Shown: positions 13,231-24,527 of the stretch, piece after piece
How positions within the stretch are numbered: the stretch's first letter is position 1
How the letters are laid out: every line of letters starts with the position of its first letter
Assembly: GCA_965649825.1 (NCBI GenBank)
Contig: OZ287705.1
Coordinates: forward strand, 768,314 to 832,313
Direction: 5' to 3'
Length of the DNA: 64,000 bases
Origin: Penicillus capitatus
Lineage: Eukaryota > Plantae > Chlorophyta
Program-made: the position numbers and the translations under genes
The notes under the pieces: model-generated
Told to the model about the DNA's origin: nothing
The model's database searches: none
Seen by the model: only the letters and a program-made list of their open reading frames with translations

Positions 13231-13753
13231 GACTGAATCGCAGAAAGCGGGACTCCTCAGGACAGCCCCTTTCGGAATGGTCACCGAGCAACAACTTGAA
13301 AGTCTTCGTTTCAAAGACTCTCCACGAGCAACTGTTTTGGGATCATAAGGCCGCGTTTGCCACCCTGGACTACATGATACTGACCATTCGCCCGTTCGCG
13401 CGGTTTCCTAGCGCACCGCGAGGTATCACCTGATCTACCATTTCATTCATCTCTGCTGGTCTATTCTGGTTTTTGGCAGTTGGCAGTTAACAGGGTGGAC
13501 TGCTTACTAGGGCCCTAAACGACACCCTGCATGGCTGATATGCTTGAACAAACAAAAGTCATGTAAAACCGCCGACGTTATTATTACCTACGCGATGAAT
13601 TGTTCGGGTGTAGCTAGACATGTTAGACCGTCGCCTTTCACATCCTTCATCACCATTATGTTCAACTTTTAGCCGTTTTGCTTTTCAAGTGTTCATTGGA
13701 TCTCCTTAAGTTTTGTCAGTTTGGCACATCTTATCATTTAATAAGCAATGGAA

Positions 13754-14092
13754 CTAGACAGATCCCGAGTAGACCGGGGTAGATATGCCAAGCAAGTGAT
13801 TATAATTTCGTGCTTTTGTACGAAGGCTATTTGGCAAAATCATTGACATTATGAACTTATTCAACGGATGTTGGAAATGAAGTGTCCTTTCCGTCGTTCG
13901 AAGCCGTCGGAAGCGGTTCGATGTTGTAATAACCACCATGACGCGCTGACCATCAGCTGCGACGGGTATTAACCTCCGGGCCAACTTCCTCATAACAATA
14001 GAGAGATGGTTTTCGAAAGTGCCTTGAAGTTCACGACAGTTAGTGCTAAGGTTAGGAAACTCGTAACCATTGTGGGTATTTAAGACCGACAT
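13754..14092 (-). other. Orphan 112-aa ATG-TAG ORF in the AT-richer spacer next to the satellite; coding status uncertain
   Basis: Complete intronless ORF (MSVLNTHNGYEFPNL...). No family recognised. Overlaps a second ORF (14052-14369) in another frame. Confidence 0.2.
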
Positions 14093-14601
14093 TCCCGTTG
14101 TAAATAATCTCGAGTTCCTGTGCTGCCATCCGAGTGTTCACTTGGCGTCGTCGTTCGTGCGTTTTCGACTCGGTACTTCTGCGATTCGTTACATCGATCT
14201 CCGACAACGGACTAAAATAGAAAGATGAATTTGGAGGTTGTCCTTGACTTTGTAGATTTATAATTAAGAAGTTGTCTTTTTGGTCTAGAGATAGCTGTAT
14301 TTTTTGACAAGGGATTTTAGAGAAGCGACGAGAGACCATTTCTAAAAGATCTATATGCATTGATCTCAATGGTATTGTATCGTTCCTTTACAAGTCTATC
14401 TCTGTCATGGTATCAAAAGGTACAACAATAATGCGCAGAACATTCTACTTTGGTGTTTAATCGACATGAAGTCATGACAGTCAGACTACTGCAAAGTGCA
14501 AACAGAACTAGTTCAAATATAGAAGACGATGACAAATGCACGTGGAAGTCAAACGATCTTTGTCACGTAATGCTATTCTTGACAGAAGGCTGACTTGCGC
14601 C

Positions 14602-17100
14602 ATGGTCGCTGCTTATGCGACGGATTAGAGGTCTGCATGTTTTGCAATGCTGTAGGGACCGAAGAAAAAGAAGAAGTTGGACAAGAAAGAGAAGGAGGAA
14701 CTTCTTCGGCAACAGGAAGAAGCACGTCGACTGGAAGAGGAGGGTGAACGAGTGGCGTCATCGACTTTGACTTCGTCACTTAACTAATGCGTTCTCCCAG
14801 AGAGAAGGCGGCAGGCGGAAGAAGAAGAATGTCGATTCGAAGAAGAGCGTATTAAAGCCGAACGCAGAACGCAGAATCTCAAAGAAGAAGACAGTCGGCT
14901 GGTCATCGAAAAGTGAGGGCAGACGATGTACAAGAGATGATTGCATGGCGTTCTGTTAAGTACCGAAGGAGAGGCCTATCATCGACGGTTGCATTTGGCT
15001 GTTCTGGACGAAAAGTCAAAGGTGCAAGAAGGAAAGGAGTGGATTCGTTACGTTTCCTGTGAGAAAACGCCAGATCCGCGGATTCCCGCTCAAGTGGACG
15101 ACTTCTGGAACAAAGTCCGCGAGAAGCATCACTGTTCCATTGACGAAGCATTGGCGACAGCAGAGGTCACGCAGATTCAGAATGGAGCGGATGGAAAGAC
15201 CTGTATTATATGCAGGACGTGGCGACGGTTGTTGAAGAATCCCTGAATCTCTCGGAACAAGAGGAAGAGAGAGCGAATGTTGTGCGCTTTACAGAGCTGG
15301 CCGAGAGAGCGGAAACACTCATGCGTCATGTGATCGACAAATTCATAACTGACCTCCTGTCGGTAAGAAGAATTTTATTGCCAAAATCTTAGGCTCCGTT
15401 CAGATCACACATTTCGTAGCACGGCGTGGACGAGATGTCAGACAAGGAGGTCTGTTTGGAAGGTATGTCCGAGCGGCTGAAGCTCGGCATCTGGATCTGT
15501 AGAGAGAAAAGTGTGAGGAACAAATGGATACACTTTCCACAGCAGGGTATCCGCGTCGAAGTGCCAAAACAGATGACAATACATCCCATGGCTTTGATTG
15601 TCGCCGTATGGCTGTTTCGGTCAAAAGAGTGGTGCTTTGGTGATCTGAATATGTTTGCTAAAGGAGTGGAATCTTTGCAATACTCCTTTGATGTGTGAAA
15701 AGGAGGGATGCATCAATATCGGCCCGCAAATAGAGATTCGCAAAGTACAGCTGCCACCTCCATTCACCAGACAGAGTGGATGGTCCATTTACAAAGTGCA
15801 TTACCTCTTCCTGAGTGGCTTCTGTTGTCTGAATCCTGCACTATTCAGGTCGACGGTCTCAAACCACATGTTTCCTTACCCGCCTCCCGAACAGAAAATG
15901 GGTCTTCAGGAGATAAAGCAACTATTCCACTGAGAATAGCCTTACAACAGAGCAATCTTCTTGTCTCTGTGGTGGATCCAATGACGGGTGTGGACCTGCG
16001 ACGTTGGCATCCAGAAGAACAGTGCTGGTGCGCAGAGGCCATCAGGTTGTGCATGTACTCTCCTTTGTTGCCGAGCTCATTATCTCGTTTGCATCCAGTG
16101 ACGTCGACGTGGACTCTGAAAACGACGCTGTTCAGTTCACAGTAAATTGTCTGGGTCTGTACTCGCAAATCACCGCCGTTCATAAGTGGATACCTTACAT
16201 ATCCTGGAGGTTGAATCCCCAATCTGTTGCACTACCTTCATCGATCCATCTTACTCTTCATGTAAACAGCAGTGTCGTAGAAGACCAGTTATAACTATGG
16301 ATAGCTGGACGGTTCCTGCAGATGAAAAACAAGAAATCTATAGAGTTAGAGATGAAGGGTGACGGCGTCCGCTTGGTGGATCCAAATGTCCCAGGATTGA
16401 CATCTTGGCACCCTGTTTGTGTACTCATGTCAAAAATGCAGCACACTGGACTCTGTCTTCTGCCGGCCAAACTGAATGATCACTCTGCGGACGGGATCAC
16501 TTGGAAACCAGAGACAGCAGAGCGACGTTTTTGCGAAGACATTGCGTACATATGGTATCCGCCGCCTCGCACAAATCTATGCGTGACATCAAGCAACTCT
16601 AGTTCCAAGTTTAATGTTGCCAGCAGCAGATGGAACAAGACATTAACGGGAACGAGTGACATGCTCTGCAGAATCGCTGCGGCCATTCAGTCCACAGCAC
16701 AGGAGCCGAAGGCGGACGATTTTCTTGAAGAACTCCAGGAGAACGTGCCTCGAGTCCTTTCTCTCCTGCGAAGGGTACGTCTCCTTTTGAGAGCCTTATC
16801 ATTTGAGCTGGATATCATTCTTAGGGCGACAGAGGGATTGCATTTTCGGCCTCTCTCGACCAAGATGACAGTTATCAAGTGCCTCCAGATTACAGTGATG
16901 AAGAGTATTCCGGTACAAATTACGGGAAGCTGCACAACAACAGTCGTTCACTCTTCGAAGCCCCGTTGCGCGAGGCACCGGAGAGAGAATGCACACATCT
17001 CTCCATTGTCCGATCTGTTAGCGAGATTATTCCCGACCCTTTGTTGATAGAAACCGTTACCCATACACTGTTTACATTGCGCATCTTCAGCTGCGGTTAA
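14602..17100 (+). CDS. DNAI7: Axonemal dynein intermediate chain 7 / CASC1 / IC97 (FAP94) homolog, multi-exon
   Basis: ATG 14602, intron 14605-14655, then GPKKKKKLDKKEKEELL. Casc1_N-like EWIRYVSCEKTPDP. C-terminus LLIETVTHTLFTLRIFSCG* resembles the CASC1/IC97 end. Confidence 0.8.
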
Positions 17101-17112
17101 TGCAAATGCAAC

Positions 17113-17703
17113 ATGTCGAACTGTCAGCGATTCGAAGTGCCGAATCTTGAACTTGTTGGTTGGCATCTTGTCTCCTCTGCACTCCGGCCGATTATACATA
17201 CCATCGTTTTTGTACGCGGCCTGGAGGTCACTCGGCCACAGGAACTCAGAGAACGCGACCTCGGAGTGACGTACGCTACTGTACCAGATGTGGAAATCGA
17301 GCAATACGTTACAAGAAAGATACAAGAATTCGTTATGTGGTTGCACAAGCAGCCTTCACATTCAGGATCTCTCAAATTGGCATTCCATGATCAGCCAGAG
17401 AAGAAGGGAGCTTTCTTTGGAGAACCAATGTCTTCATGCTGGGAAGAGTGGACGATCAGCGTTACGGTGTTGGAGCAAAACACATTCGTGCCTATTTCTC
17501 AGACGAAGGACAGAGTTTCGACCTGTCTGGGGTACATAACACAATCTGTCATGCTACATCAGTATCCGTTGCCTTCTCTGGGGAAAGTGTCACTCATACA
17601 GCTCTTCAGAATTTCGATTGTGATGAACAGCAGAGCGGCAGAAATGTTTCATGCCGTACACAGAGCTTTGCAAGATATCAATACGACATCCTTGTTGAGA
17701 TAG
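17113..17703 (+). CDS. ATG101: Autophagy-related protein 101 (HORMA domain), intronless
   Basis: MSNC..., LRPIIHTIVFVRGL..RP, DLGVTY, IQEFVMWLHK, FF...WEEWTISV match plant/animal ATG101 motifs. Confidence 0.92.
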   Translation: MSNCQRFEVPNLELVGWHLVSSALRPIIHTIVFVRGLEVTRPQELRERDLGVTYATVPDVEIEQYVTRKIQEFVMWLHKQPSHSGSLKLAFHDQPEKKGAFFGEPMSSCWEEWTISVTVLEQNTFVPISQTKDRVSTCLGYITQSVMLHQYPLPSLGKVSLIQLFRISIVMNSRAAEMFHAVHRALQDINTTSLLR

Positions 17704-17810
17704 CCAAAACGGTAGTGAAAGAGATGTCCATGCTAACAATTCTATGTGTAATACGGACTACATCAAGTGGTAACTGTTCTACAAGGACCAAAATGAAGTG
17801 TACAATTCTA

Positions 17811-20651
17811 CTACGAGAGAGATGAGGAAATATCGCGCAGACAGATCTGTTTGTGGGGAGGGCTGGAGTCTCTGGGAGACGTCTGACACTTTCTCTTGTT
17901 AATATTGTATGGGAAGAAGGCACTCCGTGAATGATGTTCTGGTGTTGGTTCGTATATGTGTTGACCCTGGTCGGGTTTTTTCTCTTTGCTCGTGTCATTC
18001 GACTTCTGTTCTGCAGTCTCCTCGTCCACATCACGGTTTTCTTTCTTGCCTCTGCTCTGCCCTTTTGCTTTCTTGTGTTCGCTTTTTGCTTTACAGCTGG
18101 TGGCGAAAGTCAAGGAGTCCATAGTTCTGCGGATCCTTTTCATCGAAGGGGAAATGTTTGCGATTATCATTGCGTGGCCATTTCCACTCAAACACGGCCG
18201 GAGGAGCTGTGTGAGCTTCGAATGTCTGTAGGGAATATGTCGTTGCTGGCCAGACAATGCCTCGAAGACATCTTTAAGCGAACTGAGCGATTGCTGAACG
18301 CCAAATGTCTCCTTCGCTGACTGCCTTTCTTGATTCATCGTTCTCGATTTGGTCGAATTCTTAAGATCCACCCAGTACAGACTCCCGAAGCTCCGTTGAT
18401 GGAGAATCTCGTGTTTTCCTGCGAACAAAATCTTTGGTCCAGTGTTGAAAACGAGAGTCTGCAGATGCGAACCACTCAGGGTGATGATGCATGTCAAGTG
18501 TCCAGTGATCATCTTGTGGCATGCACCCGATACTCCGAACGCTTTCCATTTCTTCAAGATCGTCTGAATATCTTGCTTGTTCTTGACGAGCATATTCTTT
18601 GCCCCGTTGATATGTGCGTCTCCTGAAATGGAGTTATAACTGTTTTCCATGCCTTCGATGTCGTCCGGCCGAAACCTTCCATGTGCGTGTGGGAAATGTT
18701 CTGGAAGTTCGTGGGATTCGTTGCCTTGTCCTTCTCGAGACACTTTCTTAGCAAATCTGTCACGCGATCGTGGTTGACCTCCAGCAACGAAGCCGACAGC
18801 ATGTAAAGCCACCCTGTGCTTTTCAGATTCTCCACTTTCTCAAAAATCTGCGTACAACATTTGTTGTTGCTTTTGATCAAGAGGCGAATTTTTTTGTGTA
18901 CATCAAAGAGAAGAGATGATAGCATGCTGCGATCATCTCGACCATTTTTTTCCTCCATCGGAGCACGGTTCTGTTCTTCGACCCGGCCATAAGACAACAG
19001 ACAAACATGACATCCATCCAAAACTCTCTGGACCATGTTCTCAGCAACACGACAGAAATCCTGATTCTCCTCCTCTAGGATGTAAGACATGGGGTGAAGC
19101 GCATGCGATGCGTTGGTGGTTCATACCGACATGCCGAACGGCGTCGAAACGAAAGCGCTTGCTCTTATCCCGCACTTCGACGAGGATATTGTCCGTCCCG
19201 GCCACATGACGAACGCAGATCTTTTCGTTTTTCGTCGGATAGATTCTGCAGAAGAGTTGCACGGGTCCCTGGATTTGTTGGAGCTCAGTTTGTATCTTTC
19301 TTCGGGTTTTCTCAGAATGCACGTATGCGTTTTCTAAGATTTCTATCTTCTTAAGCAAACGCTGTATAGAGTCTTTGTCTTCTCGCATCTGCTTCTCCCG
19401 TTTTATACATGTTATCTGGTCTGCACAGCAGTGTCGGGCGAGAGAGTCACTCAGCGGAGCAAACGTGTGAGATCTTGAATCTGATTGTTGGCGTTCTGCA
19501 AAAGTGTGCACTGCTCGTGGTGCTTTTTGTGGAGTCGACGGCGCTGCTCGACTTCGCTCTTCCATTCTGTTCGGGCATTGAACTCAGATTTCCGAGCACA
19601 CTTCAGCTAAATGCCAAAACACGTTGCAAAACCGACAAACACATTCATCACTCCACGAGCACACCTCTTCTTTTATTTGGTTCTTCTCGGACACAAGCGT
19701 CTCTTTTGCCTTAGAGAGGTCTTGGTACTTCCTCTGCAGTCCGCCCACGAGCATGTCAGCAAACTACCGTCGGTGCTATAGATCCCCACGTCGAAGTCGC
19801 GTTTCTCTCGCTCTGTTCTCCCTTTCATCTGCTCGAGTGCAGTTTTTAGAAGCCGTCGTTCCGTTCGTATATCCCCTAATCGGACTTTGTATTTTCTGTT
19901 TTCTTCACTGAGCTCTGCGATCTGTTGCTCAGCACGACGCTTTTCCTCTTTGTTTTTCGTCATCTAGATCGATAAAGCCGATATTCTTCGATCTTACGAA
20001 CGAAAAGGGCTACCGTGTCGCGAAGAAGTGTCCGGTCCTTCTTGCTCTGTTGCACGGCTCGACGGACTGACTCTTTCGCAGATTTTGTCTCTGCTTCCAT
20101 AGATTTCAATTTTGCTGAGAGGACTGCCGTTTCTTTCAGCAAGGATACTGTCTCCGACGTCTGAATCCGACAGGTCATATGTCGGATCGGTTCTACATCG
20201 ATTTACTTTTTTGGATTGTCTTGAGCAGGTGTCCACGAATATTTTCGTTCGTGAAATGAATTCTCGGAGGCAGTTCTGCAACCGTGTTACCGTTTCTGAA
20301 GACGGCGTTATGCGTAAACACAGCGGATACAACATGGTAGAGACCTGCCAGTTCTTTGATGCGGGCCTCATTGCATGCGCCGCGTTGACGACCCGTTCGT
20401 TGCATCAGTAGACATTGCTGACATCGCTCGAGAAATTCAATGTCAAAAACGGCGTTGCCGATGCGCTCGAACGGCGTCTGTGAAGCGGGCCTTGCGACGC
20501 TTTCTTTGTCTTCCGAATCAGATGTCGGTCGTGAGGTCGACGCAACATTGGATGGCGTCTGTTTATGCCGTGTTGATCGATGTCGACTCTTTGTCTTTAG
20601 GAACTCCAGCCGATCCATGAGTTCCTCATATTGACGTTTTAAGTCTTGCAT
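17811..20651 (-). CDS. Divergent kinesin-14-type protein (N-terminal coiled coil, C-terminal motor-like domain) with degenerate nucleotide-binding motifs; start approximate
   Basis: Neck RRKIQTELQQIQGPVQLFCRIYP, FRFDAV, VLDGCHVCLLSYG, LLEVNHDRVTDLL, HIPYRHSKLTQLLRPCLSG, IANISP. Confidence 0.85.
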
Positions 20652-20823
20652 GAATACCACAGTAAACAAACGGGCCAAATCACGTTCTGTTGGGCATGCA
20701 AATGTCTCATTGCCTTGATGTATGGCGACTGTCACATCACACGACGTCGATACATAGGCCGCATACTGCAACGAACAATTTTTTCGTTCAATCAGACCAT
20801 TGTCGCTTTTGAAATCCAATCAA

Positions 20824-23800
20824 ATGGGAGAGGAAAAAGCGTTAACGACGGTCGAAAAGCTCCAGCACCTGTCTTTAGTAAACAAAGTGACGTCGGGTAC
20901 GTCTGAGTACTCGAGTGGTTCACCCTATCGCCAAGCATGCGCTTTTGTGTTTAGAACTAGAAAACCATCTTGGTCTCAACAATAAAGACTTGGCGGAGTT
21001 TATCATACACCTGGCTAGAAATGCTAAGTCGGAAGGAGCGTTCAAGAAGGATCTGCTTGAGAATGGCGCCGAAATGACGGATGTCTTCATTGAACGTCTT
21101 TGGACGCTCATACAACACATGACAGTAAGACCCACGTGCATACAGGCGTCCCTCACTAAAGCTATCTGCTTAGAGCGGTCATTCTAAGAGAAATCAAGCA
21201 TCCGACGGCATCCTTGCTCCAAAAGCACACCTACGTGAAGACGTCTCTTTTCCCGGTCTAGCCATTCAAGATACAAAGTCCAATGACGATCTTCATCATC
21301 GGAGACGGCAGGGAACGAATGCATTGCAGGGAATATGCCAAAGCCCTTGATGATGCCATTCTCACAGAACAGAAATCCCGAGAGGAGAAACGACCACGCG
21401 GTTCCGATGATGGACGACGGGAGGCCAGATACAACGATCGAGAAGAGAGACAGCGTTCAAGAAGCAGAGACAGCAGAGAGAGATCAAGGCGACATCGTAG
21501 CAGTCATCACCGAAAACGCAGTCGCAGTCCGCGTCGTCATCGAAGAGACCGGGATCGCCGTTCGCATCATGATCGCCCCTCTGAACGACCTTCCTCTCCC
21601 GAACTTTGGGGCATCTATCAGGGAACAGTCTCGGGTATCATGGATTTTGGCTGTTTTGTGGAGCTGCATGGATTTCGGAGGAAGTGGGAAGGATTAGTGC
21701 ATCTGAACAACATCTCCAACAATCGAGTGCGAAGTGTCAAAGAGGTGGTCTCTCGACATCAACGCGTTTGGGTGAAAGTCATTTCGTTGAGCGGCGAACG
21801 TATTGCCTTAAGTATAAGAGATGCCGATCAGAAGACTGGTCAAGATCTGACACCCATGAACAAAACAAAGCCAATAGAAGAGCAGACACCATCAGGACTG
21901 AAGGGACTGTCAGGAGTGACGCTCAAAGCAGAGGACCAATCCAGAAACGTGGCCAGAAGAAAGAAGAAAAGATTGACAGAGGCAGAGCTTTGGGAAAACC
22001 GTCAGTTGAAAGCAGCCGGTGTCTACGATGCTGTGGAGTCCTCTCCTGAACCTGAGCCGGAAATCAATCCTTTCACAGAGATGGACGTCGAGGAGGAGTT
22101 CGAAATCGATATCAACGAAGAGGAGCCGGCTTTTTTGAGGGGACAGTCCTCAAAGTCAGGTGTCGAGATGTCACCGATTAAGATCGTGAAGAATCCAGAT
22201 GGAACCCTGCAGAGGGCAGCCATGACGCAGAGTGCTCTTGCTAAGGAACGAAAAGAACTGCAACAACAGCAACAGCGTTCTCTGATGGAATCCATACCGA
22301 AAGATCTGAATCGCCCTTGGGAGGACCCCATGCCAGATGAAGGAGAACGACATCTGGCTCAAGAACTAAGAGGCGTTGGTATCTCCGGATACCAGATGCC
22401 GGAATGGAAATCGAAGGCGTTTGGCAAAGCACCCTTGTTTGGCATCCAAGATGATCGTTCTATTAAGGCCCAGAGAGAATCCTTGCCTATCTTTAGACTG
22501 AAGGATGAATTGGTGAAAGCAATTATCGACAACAAAGTCTTGGTGGTGATTGGCGAGACAGGATCTGGAAAGACGACGCAGATGACACAGTACTTAGCAG
22601 AAGTGGGTTTCACCAGCAAAGGCAAAATTGGATGCACTCAGCCGAGAAGGGTTGCTGCCATGAGTGTGGCCAAACGTGTGGCAGAGGAGTTTGGTTGTCG
22701 TTTGAGTGAAGAAGTGGGATATGCTATTCGATTCGAAGACTGCACATCTGCAGACACAGTTATTAAGTACATGACAGATGGTATGCTCCTCAGGGAGTGT
22801 CTGTTAAACGACATGTTGCAGCAGTACTCTGTGATCTTGCTGGATGAAGCCCACGAACGCACCATTCACACGGATGTTCTGTTTGGCCTGATGAAGACCG
22901 TCGTCCAGAGGAGGGAGAACGATTTCAAGCTGATTGTCACATCAGCCACTCTGGATGCTGATAAGTTCTCGCATTATTTCTTTGACTGTCCCATCTTCAC
23001 GATTCCTGGCAGAACGTTCCCTGTGGAGATGCTCTATACAAAAGAGCCTGAAACGGATTACCTGGATGCCGCTTTGATCACTGTTATCCAGATTCATTTG
23101 ACGGAACCGGAAGGAGACATTCTGTTGTTCTTAACAGGGCAGGACGAAATCGACACGGCTGCGTCTATTCTGTATGAAAGAATGCGAAAACTCGGCCCCA
23201 AAGTGCCAGAATTGATTATCCTGCCAGTTTACAGTGCCTTGCCCTCAGAGGTGCAATCCAGAATCTTTGAGCCGGCTCCCCATGGAACAAGAAAATGTGT
23301 GATTGCCACCAACATCGCCGAGGCTTCACTGACCATCGATGGGATCTACTACGTCGTCGATCCAGGCTTTGCAAAGCAGAAGGTTTACAATCCCAAAAAC
23401 GGCATGGATTCCCTCGTGGTGGCTCCAATCTCTCAGGCCTCTGCAAAACAGAGAGCAGGACGTGCTGGAAGAACAGGACCGGGAAAATGCTACAGATTGT
23501 ACACAGAGTCGGCCTACAAGAATGAAATGCTGCCCACGAGTGTTCCCGAAATTCAGAGGACCAATCTAGCGATGACAGTCCTCACACTCAAAGCCATGGG
23601 CATCAACGATCTCTTGCATTTCGATTTTATGGATCCACCTCCACCTTCTGCATTGATCACGGCATTGGAACAGCTCTTCAATTTGGGAGCCCTGGACGAG
23701 GAGGGAATGTTGACAAGACTGGGGAGGAAGATGGCCGAGTTTCCACTCGAGCCTCCCATGTCAAAGGTTCTGATTGCCAGTGTTGATCTGGGATGCAGTG

Positions 23801-24509
23801 AAGAGGTGTTGACCATTCTTGCAATGCTGTCAGCACAAAACATCTTCTATCGCCCGAGAGAGAAACAAGCACAGGCAGATCAAAAGCGAGCAAAGTTCTT
23901 CCAGGCAGAAGGCGATCATCTCACTCTCTTAGCTGTCTACCAAGCATGGAAAGAGAACAACTTCTCCAGTCCATGGTGCTATGAGAACTTCATCCAGGTA
24001 AAGAACTAGGATATCTGGCACAGTGCTCTAGTCGAAGTTTCTTTGCCACCATGTAGGCGCGTTCATTGCGGAGGGCCCAGGATGTGAGGAAGCAACTGTT
24101 GGCGATTATGGATAGGTACAAGTTGGAAATGGTGAGTGCAGGAAGGGATTGGGTGAAGATACAGAAAGCCATTGCCAGTGGATTCTTTTTTCATGCCGGA
24201 CGAAAGGATCCTCAAGAGGGTTACAAATCAGTGGTTGAACAGCAACCAGTCTATATCCATCCCTCAAGCTCCCTGTTTCAGCAGCAACCCGATTGGGTCA
24301 TCTATCACGAATTAGTCTTAACGAGCAAGGAGTACATGCGTGAAGTGATGGCCATCGATCCCAAGTGGCTCGTCGAACTGGCGCCGCGTTTCTTCAAAGC
24401 CGCAGATCTTCATAAGCTCAGCAAGAGAAAGAGAATGGAGAAAATTGAGCCGCTCTTCGACCGCTATCACGATCCAAATGCATGGCGATTGAGTCGAAGA
24501 CGTGGTTGA
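20824..24509 (+). CDS. DHX8: Pre-mRNA splicing DEAH-box RNA helicase PRP22/DHX8, multi-exon
   Basis: S1 domain ([13 protein letters not shown]), [38 protein letters not shown]-terminus [10 protein letters not shown]. Intron 23998-24057. Confidence 0.98.
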
Positions 24510-24527
24510 AAACAGATCGTTGTTTTG

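Noticed and set aside
13128-13433. Chimeric ORF crossing the satellite/unique junction
   Set aside because: It starts in a frame present in every monomer. There is no homology or other support, and it is expected by chance.
17098-17113. TAATG stop-start overlap (termination-reinitiation) at DNAI7-ATG101 and DCAF7-GYRB
   Set aside because: In both cases the overlapping ATG is out of frame with the downstream gene and opens only a short ORF.
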